DNA from: Cetorhinus maximus
Lineage: Eukaryota
Length of the DNA: 64,000 nt
NCBI RefSeq assembly: GCF_964194155.1
Contig: NC_135893.1
Span: 85,622,001 to 85,686,000 of the forward strand
Direction: 5' to 3'
Both the position numbers and the translations under genes were made by a program. Below the pieces are notes generated by a model that had not been told where the DNA came from, ran no database searches, and was given only the letters and a program-made list of their open reading frames with translations. This document shows positions 42,701-53,800 of the stretch, piece by piece (position 1 is the first letter of the stretch; each line of letters opens with the position of its first letter).

Positions 42701-45700
42701 CAGTACAGTAGTGAAGGAGTGCTGCACTGTCAGAGAAGCTGACTTTCAGATGAGATATTAAACCAAGGCTCCACGGGCTTTCACAGGTGGCTGGAAAGAT
42801 CCCATAGCACAAATTTGAAGAGAAAGGGTGTTTTCCCTGGTGTCCTGGCCAATATTTTTCCCTCCACCAATATCACAAAAACAGATTACCTGGTCACAAT
42901 CAGAATGCTGTTTTCTGTGCGCAAACTGGCTGCCACGTTTCCAACATTACGACAGTGACTACATTCAAAAGTCCTTCAGTGGCCGTAAAGGGCTTTGGGG
43001 CATCCAGTGGTTGTGAAGTGTGCTATATAAATGCAATCTTTTTCTCTGTCAAATTCATTCCTAAAGCACTTGCTTAACAAGAGAAGAGCTGAGATTCAAA
43101 CTTACCTTTCCTAGTACAGAATCTAAGTCAGCTGCAGTATGAATTGTCGGTACAAGGCAGGCATGGTTAATTTCCGCAACATCAAGGTCAGCATCTGGTG
43201 TAAGGACAGTCTTTGAGAGTCCATCAACAACTGCCTTCAACTCATACAAACGTTTCAGAATTTCTGTTTGTCTCGATTCCAAGTTTTGGAGTGCTGGACA
43301 TTCATCTGCATCCTGAAAACCAACCAATGGAATAAGTAGTCATTTGTCTCATTGCTGTTTGTGGGACCTTGCTGTGTACAAATTGACTGCTGTATTTCAA
43401 CAGTTACTAGGATTCAAAAGTTGAGAGTGAAGTATGTTGTGATATCTTAAACCTGTGAAACGTGCTAAAGAAATCCAAATTCTTTTCTCTATTCATTTGA
43501 ATGAGAATTGGGGAGATGAAAAAAAATAAGCTCATTAAAATTCACCAAACAGCATTTTAAATGTCTGTTAGGGACGGTGGCTGGCTTGGCTACATGACGC
43601 AATAATAAAATTAATAACTGTTTATAATGTGCTTTGGCCTTTGACTCCAGAATTCCGTAATAAAAAATCATGGAATCATTGAAGGTTAGAGTTAGAAAAG
43701 AGAAAAAGTGCAGCACCATTTGGCCCACTGGGCCTGTGCTGGCTCTCTGAAAAGAGCTACCCAATTATATTCCGCTCCGATGTTCTTTCCCCCATAACTC
43801 TGGAATCTTTCCCTTTTCAGGAATATATATATGAAATTCCTTTTTGAAAGTTACTATTAAATCTGTTTCCACCACCCTTTCAGGCAGTGCATTCCAAATC
43901 ACAACAACTCCGAGTAGAAATAAAATCTGCATTTTTCACCACTCATTCATTTACCAGTTACCTTAAATCAGTGTCCTATGGTTTCTGACTCTACATCAAT
44001 TTAAACAGTTTCTCCTCATTTATTTGCACCACATGAGTGCCAGGCAATGAGAGAGACTAACCATCTCCCCCTAACATTTAATGACATTACCATCGCTGAA
44101 TTCCCCAGTAATCAACATCCTGGGGGTTACCATTGACCAGAAACTTAACTGGACCATCCATAAAAATACTGTGCCTACAAGGGCAGGTTAGAGGCTGGGA
44201 ATTCTGTGGCAAGTAACCCACCTCCTGACTTCCCAAAGCCGGTCCACCATCTACAAGGCACAAGTTCTGAGTGTGATGGAATACTCTCCAGTTGCCTAGA
44301 TCAGTGCAGCACTTGAAGCTTGACACCATCCACAGTCTGCTTAATCAACACCTTAAACATTCACTCCCCCCACCACCGAGATACAGTGGGAGCAGTGTGT
44401 ACCATAAACAAGATGTACCCCAGCAACTCTTCAAGTGTCCTTTTCAGCACCTTTCAAACCCATGACCTCTACCACCTAGAAGGGCAAGGGCAACAGATGC
44501 ATGGGAACACCACCACCTGCAAGTTCCCCTCCAAGCCACACGCCATCTTGACTTGGAACTATATCGCCATTCCTTCACTGTTGCTGGGTCAAAATCTTGG
44601 CACTCCCAAAAAGCACTGTGGGTGTACCTGCATCACATGGGCTGCAGCATTGAGAAGGCTCACCACCACCTTCTCAAGGGCAATTAGGGATGGGCAACAG
44701 ATGCTGCCCTAGCCAGTGACATCCACACCCCATGAAAGAATAAAAACTATCAAAACACTTAATTTTGAACATCACTTATTAAATCCCCCCTCAACCATCC
44801 CTGTTTCTCTAGCTTTCCCCACAAAAATGAAGTCCCTCATTCCTGATACATACTAGTGAATCTCTTCTGCCATCTTCGCCAAGGCCTCAGCATCCTTTCT
44901 GATATGGTGCACAGAATTGATCCAATACTCCTGCTGAGGCCTCACCTGTAATCTATGAAGGTTTATTTAGTATCACAGCCCTTGCTTATGGTCTCTGCCT
45001 CTATTATAAAGGCCAGGATCCCATCTGCATTTAAAAGGAAAAAAAAAACACCTTTATCAACTTGTCCTGCCACCAAATTAAATAAAGGGACAGTAACTAC
45101 AAATTATATAATATTTACAGCACAGAAATAGACTATTCAGCCAACTGGTCTATGCTAGTGTTTATGCTCCAAGCGACCCTCGTCCCACCCCTCTTAAATC
45201 CAACCCTATCAACAAATCCTTCTATTACTTTCTCCTTCACGTGTTTATCCCGCTTTACCTTAAGTACACTGCTGTTATTCATTCCAACCACTGCCTGTGG
45301 TAGGGAGTTCCACACCCTTACCACTCTCTTGGTAAAGAAGTTTTTCCTTAATTCTTCATTGTATTCATCGCTGGCTATCTTATATTTATGGATTTTAGCT
45401 CCGGTCTACCTCACAAATCTGTCTACCCCATCAAACTCTTTCATAATTTTAAAGGCCTCTTCAATCAAGTCGCCCCTCAGCCTTCTCTTTTCCACAGAAA
45501 AGAGCCCAACCTGTCAGTCTTTCCTGATAGGTATAACCTCTCAGTTCTGGCATCATTCGTGTCAATGCTTTTGCACTTCCTCCAGTGTCTCTATCTCCTT
45601 TTTATAAGAGACCTGAACTGTGCACAGTACTAGAGAATGTAGTTATTAATGAAGATTGTAACAAAATACAAGATATTAATGAACAAAATGGGCATGAAAT

Positions 45701-47313
45701 TTCAATATAAATTACATGTAAGATGCTGTATTTGGTAGTAAGAATAAGGGGGCCACATACACCTTGAAAACTAAATATTTAAATATGTAGAGGTGCAAAC
45801 AAGATCTGGGGATTATAGATACACAATTCACTAAAAGTAGTGACACATGTTAATATGCCCATAAAAATAACACAAGGGTTAATTTCTAGAGGGACAGAAT
45901 TGAAAAGCTGAGAGGTTTAGGGGTGAGCTTTTCCCCTTTTAAGGAAGAACAGAAAAAGTGCTCAATTCCACAAGTAAGTGGGCTGTAAATTATAAAATCT
46001 GCACAAATGCAGTTTTGAAATGCAGACTTCCAAAGAGTATGATTTTATGGCTATTAACCAAAAGAAACAGCTCATCAAGATACACCTCCTCTGAGATGAG
46101 ATGTTAAACTGCTCATCAAGATACACCTCCTCTGAGATGAGATGTTAAACTGAGGGCCCATCTACCCTTTAAGGTGGAGGCAAAAAATTCCACAGTACTA
46201 CTTTGAAAAGAAGGGAAGTTATCCCTGCTGTCCTGACCAATATTTATCCCTCAATCAACAATTTAAAAAATAGATTTGTGGGAGCTTGCTATGTGCAATC
46301 TGCCTGCCTCTACAAAAGTGACATTTCAAAAGTTATTGATTGGCCATAAAACACTTCGGACATCCAGAGGATGGAAAAGGCGCTATAGAAATGTGAGTTT
46401 CCCTTCCAACAATGGCCCTTAGCCACGTTAAACTTGTAGTTGTGAAGTCATATTCGACTCAAAACATTGAGTTTTTCCAGGTATTTTTGTTTTGGATTTC
46501 CAGCATCCACAGTTTTTTGCTTTTATCTTAAGTGTTTAATTGACTGCCACTTCTCTTCAAGGAATGCCTATCTTGAAGAAGTTTTGCTCTTCTCTCCGTC
46601 AGGATTTTCGTATCTCTCTTTTGCTTTCTTCACCTTCATTGCTTTCCATTTCTCTCCTGGTGTTTGATCACTGGCCCCCTATCTAGCTCTTCTTGTCCCC
46701 CCCCTCCCCACCCCCCTAAACCAGCTTACATTTCACCCCTTTTCTATTTTTCCTTAGTTCTATTGAAGAGTCATGCGGACTCGAAACGTTAACTGTGCTC
46801 CTCTCCACAGATGCTGCCAGACCTGCTGAGTTTTTCCAGGTATTTTTGTTTTTGTTTTGGATTTCCAGAATCCGCAGTTTTTTGCTTTTATCAAAACATT
46901 AACTTCGTTTCTCTCTCCACCGAAGCTACCAGACCTGAGTATTTCCACTTCAGGCACTTTAAAAAAAAATTTAAACTTGTACAGTACTTTGATTAGGCCT
47001 ATGCCGTGTAGTGGAAATACACTAACATTCTCATCCTGTCACCTTCAATAACAAATAAATGGCAGCGAAACATGAAGGAGGGAACTGTTCGCTAAAGTTG
47101 CAACGGTGGAGGGAAGTCAGTGGAGAATGTGCGGCCTGAGGCCCCAGGCGGCCTGTGGGAAGTGCAGGCCTATCCAACACACCACAAACCCCTGACATCT
47201 CATACCTGAGCGTCTGCAGCACCTCGATGAATATTCGGCAGCTTGTACATGCAGATAGGCAAATCGATAGCATCTTCACTCAGGTGATACGGATTTACCT
47301 TGTACATCTCCAT
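39387..47313 (-). CDS. AIMP2: Aminoacyl-tRNA synthetase complex-interacting multifunctional protein 2, whole spliced gene (309 aa)
   Basis: complement(join(47206-47313,43106-43312,40908-41139,39387-39769)) = 930 nt. [61 protein letters not shown], and a GST-like C-terminus. Confidence 0.96.
40908..41139 (-). CDS. AIMP2: AIMP2 exon 3
   Basis: ctttag|[25 protein letters not shown]...[10 protein letters not shown]|gtgagt. Confidence 0.95.
42600..43035 (+). mobile_element. SacSINE1-like SINE in AIMP2 intron 2
   Basis: Full head-core-tail structure. Confidence 0.8.
43106..43312 (-). CDS. AIMP2: AIMP2 exon 2 (207 bp, leucine zipper)
   Basis: tttcag|[26 protein letters not shown]...SVLGK|gtaagt. 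Confidence 0.95.
44030..44746 (+). mobile_element. LINE 3' fragment of a second family (tail gggcaattagggatgggcaa...)
   Basis: [14 protein letters not shown]-like coding remnant; related tails at 1360-1540, 10075-10460, 48815-49145 and 60825-61160. Confidence 0.65.
46070..46151 (+). repeat. Perfect 41-bp tandem duplication
   Basis: gctcatcaagatacacctcctctgagatgagatgttaaact x2. Confidence 0.95.
46445..46948 (+). mobile_element. Nested Penelope-like terminal-repeat elements with a hammerhead-like motif
   Basis: Insert 46469-46890 has terminal direct repeats and is flanked by the 10-bp duplication TCAAAACATT (46459-46468 and 46891-46900). Confidence 0.7.
47206..47313 (-). CDS. AIMP2: AIMP2 exon 1
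   Basis: [36 protein letters not shown]|gtatga. Confidence 0.92.
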
Positions 47314-47878
47314 CACTAACAAGCCCGGCTCAGCCGCACCTCACCAACCGGCCGTAGCAAAGCACCATGGAAACCAGACACCTCCCATCAGACCCCGCGG
47401 TCGCGCCTGTCACCCGCTCTCATCCCTTCATCCAATTGGCCACTTCGCTTCTCCTTCGGGTTTCTGATTGGATAGCGTGGATGTCATCAAATAAAAATAA
47501 CCTAATCTTCTGATTCAAATAAACGAGTATAAAAAAACTCGTCTCTGTATTATAATTAAGTCCGTCCGTTCGTATCAAAAGCTTTTATTTTAATGGAAAA
47601 CAGGGCAAGTCTGGTTCTGGGCGGCGCTTAGCATTAGGGGTGTTGTAGTTTGATGGTGCAGGGTTCGCACCGGGAATGTTCCCGTTTGGACTACATTTCC
47701 CAGAAAGCAGTTTGCCGCACTGGACCGCCGCGCCATGGTTCAGCAGAGCCGCTGATTGGTAGCTTGAGGTGCAACCGGTGGCGGTGCGGTTTAGCCAGTG
47801 TCCATTAATCAAGTAAAGAGCTCGGAAGTGGGTGCGAACTTAGGAGTTCTTGCTTTTCACAGCCGTCCTGTGGGAGCA
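47314..47878. promoter_or_regulatory. Bidirectional AIMP2/PMS2 promoter
   Basis: CpG-rich. ZNF143/THAP11-type motif GGACTACATTTCCCAGAAAGCA at 47688-47709, an opposite-strand ACTACA motif near 47631-47650, CCAAT boxes near 47433, 47466 and 47755, and ETS/GABP site CGGAAGTG at 47823-47830. Confidence 0.85.
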
Positions 47879-47889
47879 ATGGAAGCCTG
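47879..47889 (+). CDS. PMS2: PMS2 exon 1 coding part (11 nt)
   Basis: gcaATGG in a good Kozak context; ATG GAA GCC TG|gtgagt; phase 2 joins exon 2. Confidence 0.75.
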
Positions 47890-50800
47890 GTGAGTCCCAG
47901 AGAATGAAGGCATGTCGGCCAGACTCCCCTGGTACTGGGATGGGTAAAGTGAAAGTGTCAGCCATCTCAGTGGGTAGCACTCCTGTCTCTGAGTCAGAGG
48001 GTTGTGGGTCCAAGTCCCATTCCACAAACAAAATCCAGGCTGACATTACAGCGCAATACTGAGGGAATGCTGCACTGTCGGAGCTGCCAACTTTCAGATC
48101 AGACTTTAAACCGTGGCTCCATCTGCTGTGGCAGATGGATGTAAAAGATCCCATGACACTGAGGTGGAGAAGAGCAAGAACGTTGCCCATTGTCAATATT
48201 TATCCTTTGATCAACATCACTGAAACATAATCTGCTCATTATCACTGCTGTTTTTGGGAGCTTGCTGTGTGCAAACTGCTGCATTTCCTATATTACAAGT
48301 GACTAAACTTCAAAAAGTACTTCATTGGCTATTAAGTGCTTTGGGATGTCCAGTAGTTGTAAAAGGTGCTACATAAATGCAAGGTGCTACCCACCATAAA
48401 CCTGAGCTCATTTAAAACTTTGCTGCCCTTCATCCAAACTCACACCAAGTCCCATTCATCCATCACCCCTATGCTCACTGACATACAGTGGCTGTCAATC
48501 GGACAACGCCTTGATTTTAAAGTTTGCATCCTTGTTTTCAAATCCCTCCATGTCCTTACCCCCTCCCAATCTCTGTAATCTCTCCAGCTCCACAACCCTT
48601 TGAGATATCTGTGTTCTACTGATTAGGGCCTTGCACGTCCAGGCTTTCGTTGCTCTACCATTGGTGGCCATTTAAGACCCTCCTTAAAACCTACCTCTTG
48701 GTCAAGCTTTTTGAGATCTGTATTTTTCTTTGGCTCGGTCTCAATTTTGTAAATTACCTTGGGATGTTTTCCTAAGTTAAAGGCACTATGTAAATGGTAG
48801 TTTTTAAATATTTTTTATTTGTTCATGGAATGTGGGGTCACTGGCTAGGCCAGTATTTATTACCAATCCCTAACTGCCCTTGTTCGGAGGGTATTTAAGA
48901 GTCAACCACATTGCTGTGAGTCTGGAGTCACATGCAGGTCAGATCAGGTAAGGATGGCAGATTTCCTTCCTTAAAGAACATTAGTGAACCAGATGGGTTT
49001 TTCCGACAGTCGGCAATGGTTACGTGGTCATCATCAGACTTTTAATTCCAGATTTTTATTGAATTCAAATTTCACCATCTGCCGTGGTGCGATTAGAACC
49101 CGTGTCCCCAGAGCATTACCCTGGGTCTCTGGAATACTAGTCCAGTGACGTTGTTTTAGAGACCTGAGCACATGATCTAGTACTGAAGGGAGCGCTGCAT
49201 TGTCAAGGTCACCAGCTTTTTGATGAGATGTTAAAACGAGACTTCATCTGCTCTCACATAGTTGTCAAAGATCCTGTGGTGATATTTGGAAAAAGAGCAT
49301 GGGGACTCTCCCACAGCATCCTGGCCAACATTTAATGCTCTACCAACGCTACTAAGAGCAGTTTTACTGGTCAGTCACCTTGCTGCTGTATTTGCCTACC
49401 GAGCGACAGTGGTGACACTCAAAAACTCTGTTGGCTTTGAAGTGCTTTGGGATGCTTGAGTATTTGAAAGGTGCTATACAAGTGCAAGTTTGTTTTTGTT
49501 TCCTTTTTTGCATCCTGTGACTTCCACCTTTTGCTGAAAACTAGATTGCGTTAGATCAGGAGTGGGATGCGAGGTCAATATGGAAAAAGAAGGCCTTCCA
49601 ATTAAAAAAACAAATAAACTGTAGTCCCCTCTTGTAGTATTGAATTGTCTCTCATGGTGTAAAGTCTCTGTGACAATTTATTGGAACTGAGACCATGTAA
49701 CAAAGGACAAAAGTAAACTGTCAGATTATTGAAGATAACATGTAATATACATTTTAAACATTTCCAAGCAGTCTATACAAAAGTAAAATTATCCAATATT
49801 AAACCAGAGTGCTTGGCATAGTGTGTATTTGAGTTTCTTTGTAGGCCTGTTAACTGTACCAAGAGTAACATAATACCCTTTATGTACTTAATGTGGTTTT
49901 GTTTCAAAACTGTTCTGTTTTCTATTGATTTAGCTCAGCACCTGCAAGAGTGATCAAGCCAATTGACCGACAGTCAGTACACCAGATTTGTTCAGGTCAA
50001 GTTGTGTTAAGCCTCAGCACTGCTGTAAAAGAGTTGGTGGAAAACAGTCTAGATGCTGGAGCTACTAACATTGGTAAGGACAAAAATGACTAGTCCAAAT
50101 CTATTTTACATTTGAGCAGTTTACATTTATATACTCAGCAGGAAGTAGCTCTTTCCAAGAGCATGAGTGAGCATGAGTGGCTGAATGTCCTCTTGTGCTG
50201 TATCATTCAATGATTAAGTTATTGTGCTTTTTTGTATTTCAGATAGCTGTTTTAAAGAGATACTCCTCGGGCATTAGTTATACCTCAATTAACAGCTGGT
50301 AGCAAATGCCAATGCTAACTTGCACTTAGCAACTTTAATGTAATGAAATTCCCCTAGGCACTTTACAGAGAGAAGCAGGAGCTTGGCAGGAGGAAATGGG
50401 AAGTGATTGAAGTTGCAACCAAAGGAAGTTTTGTGGACGCTGTTGAAAGTGATAGGAGACATAATAAGACGGAGAACTTTAGGAAGGGAAATGTAAAATG
50501 CTGATAACTGATGTGCAGAAGTTTCTTCTTTGAAAGTACTGAAAATGAACTTGTCTTAGCATCTGAAATCCTCTTATTAGCACCTGATACAAAAAAATCA
50601 AATGAAACTTGAAAGCTGTCCCTTTGTCACTGGTGTTTACAGTTTCTTAAAATGCCTCTGCTGGTAACAAACAGCACTTCACAGTGATTACGTATTCAGG
50701 CTAATTGCATCTGAACTGTGGATTGTTCACTGAATACTTGGTTTTGCCCAAGTAGCCAGCTTACTTAACACAACATAAAGAGCACCTTGATGATAGTAAT

Positions 50801-53800
50801 GGCAAATGCTTTTCAGTATTTGCACTATTTAAACATGGGTGGTTTAAGCAGTGGAGACTGCATTTGCTTTTATAAAGGACAGCTGTTTGCTACTACAACT
50901 CAGAATAGATGCCACATGGAAAACTGTAGCTTTTGCAGCTGAATCTTCCAGAGCAACAGACATCCTCCCAAGAAATATCTAGTATTTTAATTTTTATTCC
51001 TATCTCTTGTGCTGCATGTTTTTCAGATATTAGGTTGAAAGAATTTGGAGCGGATTTGATTGAAGTATCGGACAATGGGGATGGAGTGGAAGAAAAAAAC
51101 TTTGAAGGACTGAGTAAGTTTTAATTTAAAAATTAGTTACAATTTCTGGATGAGAAATGGAAAGGCTGTGCAGTATTTTATATTTCAAATACTATAATTT
51201 CCTATTCACTTCCATAATTTAGTTTGGTGACGGTGATTAAAATGTGTTAGTTTGGTGACGGTGATTAAAATGTGTAGGATAGGATCCCTCCAATGGCATC
51301 TTGACTTCTTTTGGTCAGATGTGCCAGGCAAATCTGATAAACCCCTGCTCTCAATGAAATTGAGTGAAGATCTGAGTTGACACTGGAATTCAAGTTCAGT
51401 GTTCCAGTTGGTAGGCTACAACAGAAGCTCTTCCCCTAAAGAGCTGCTGGAGCTTGAGGTCATTGAAGATGTTAAAATTGAGATTGACGCTGGATGGAAT
51501 TAAGATACAGGTTAACCATGACCTAATTGAATGGCAAAACAGGCTGAAGAAGTTGAATGGCCTACTCTTTGATCTTATAGTCAAAGGCTTGCTCTGTTGG
51601 TATTCAGATTTTTTTGTAGTGAAACCTTTGAATTATGGATACCTAGGGGACTGGCATCAGCTCCCTGCTTTTTGCACATTCCTTTTTTCCCCAGTTGTCA
51701 GTGGACCAGAGATAGATTATGACAGCACCCTGAAACCACTTCCGCATCATTCACCTTACAGTTCATGGTTACTAGACATGAAAACTCAAATTGCAATCAA
51801 CTCCCTGCAATTGAGCACAGGTGACATTGCTCATGAAAACCATTACAGGGGCTTGTGTTTTAAGGTGTATAATACATTAGTAAATAAGGCTTGGTGTGTT
51901 AAAAACTGTACGTGGTCTACAATTTGTAAATGTCCTTCATTTCAGAGAGCTGTTTGTATATTTTATAATTGTAAAATATTTGGGACTGTTGTGGAATGTT
52001 CATGTTTTAACAAGATGTCTGTTATTTGTGAGTGTCTGTAAGGCCAGGTTTCACTGTATCTAGTTTGCCCTTCATGACAGTCGAGTTAAATTCTAACATG
52101 TTAAGATTAAAATAAACCAGTGAATTGCCACTGGTATTGCCCAAAGGCATGAATATGTCATTTGATATACAAGATTGGGAAAGAGAGGTCAAAAACTTAA
52201 TTCACAGAGCCAGATGGTCACCAAGTGCTAGAATTACACCGTCACCGTTGACATTGCAAAATCGAATAGCGAACATTGGCATAGCAATACAGTGGTCAGT
52301 ATTGGAAAAAAATGGTAGGCCAAAGATTCTGACAGCAGGAAGTGAGTTTTGAGGACAGGAAGCGTGCATCCAATGCAAGAATTTTAATATGTATATGTAA
52401 TCTTTTGTGATGACGTCTTAAAAAGTAGTGAATTCTGCAGGTATACACATGTGTAAGAATTAGTGATGCAATCCTTAACTAAATAATAAAGCACATAGTT
52501 GTCACTGTGGAATACAATATCGACTTTTCAACACTTGGACCTGGGGGTTTGAAACCAGCCTGGACTCATATCAAAAGTCTTATGACTGCTGGCTGTAAGG
52601 AACCTCAATAAGAGAATTTGGGCAATCTGAAGCCAGTTCTAAGTAAACATAGGACAAAATTGTCCAAAGTTTGACATGGAATAAATTGAATATTAAGTTT
52701 AAAAGTCAAAGGGTGTGCCTTTCTTTGGTTTGGAAAGCTTTATTCTGTTTCTAAATATTGTACATGAACTGAGAGAATTTTATACTGACCCTGAATGAAG
52801 AAGCTAGCACCAACATCCCCCCGCCCTTGCTTGAAATTTGAATTCACTCAAAATATAAATTTAAAGCTGGAATAATTTATGTAAGATTGAGAACTTTAAT
52901 AGCCTCTAAGGATTTGTTAGTGAAATGTGAAATTTGTTCAAAATTTAATTGTGAACCTGAAATAGAAGTTACTGTAATCACATTTGTGTTAACAAATAAA
53001 TATTTTTGCATGTCACAAATTTATGTTTATTCATTTGAAAGCACTGAAGCATTACACTTCCAAGTTGCAAGATTTCTCCGACCTCTTACATGTGGAGACG
53101 TTTGGATTTAGAGGTGAAGCTTTGAGCTCCTTGTGTGCTCTGAGGTATTATGATAGCACCTTCAGTATCAACAATTATGTTGCACAGTACATATAATCTG
53201 CAGTAGGCAGTGTTGTTTTTGTATTTACAAACTCTTCCCTAGGAGAATTGTGTGAAGTAGTGGAAATATTTGAAGGCTGATTGATTAACAGTGACAGGCT
53301 CTGAAGTAAATACTCCTTCCATGGTTGTAACCATCTTTATACCGGCCATTGGGTGGGTTAGTCCTATTTGGGAGAGGAGTTTTATGGGCTCCTACAATTC
53401 ATACCATGGGGAGGAACACACTCACCCACTGTACACAAGTGTGCAGTATGCATTGCACTGTTGATTTGTAAACAGCTAAGTTTATATAGTGCTTTTAATA
53501 GAAGAATTGTACAAGCAGTCTTCATAACTAAAGTAAGAATGATGGTAACTAAGACAGGAAGTGATAAGTGACTGAGAACTTTGTCAAGGAAATGTGTTAT
53601 GAACTGGATTTTAAGGGAAGACAAAGTAATGCAGAGTTTTAAAGAGCTGGCCCAATACAGCTGAAAGCTTTGCCTCAAAGCATAAAAGGCCAGAATCATA
53701 GGCATACAATATTTGGGAGAGAATATAATAAGTGGGACAGTCGAGAAAGAGTTAAGAGGATTGTAGATTTGGATAGGGAAAAGTCCATAGTGGGATTTAT

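Noticed and set aside
47845-47862. Acceptor-like ttcttgcttttcacag just before the PMS2 ATG (possible upstream non-coding exon)
   Set aside because: No convincing upstream donor; promoter motifs lie immediately 5', so it is more simply 5' UTR.
51454-52041. 195-aa ORF in PMS2 intron 3
   Set aside because: Starts at a non-ATG codon inside a degenerate CR1 tail, has no recognisable motif, and the PMS2 frame is complete without it.
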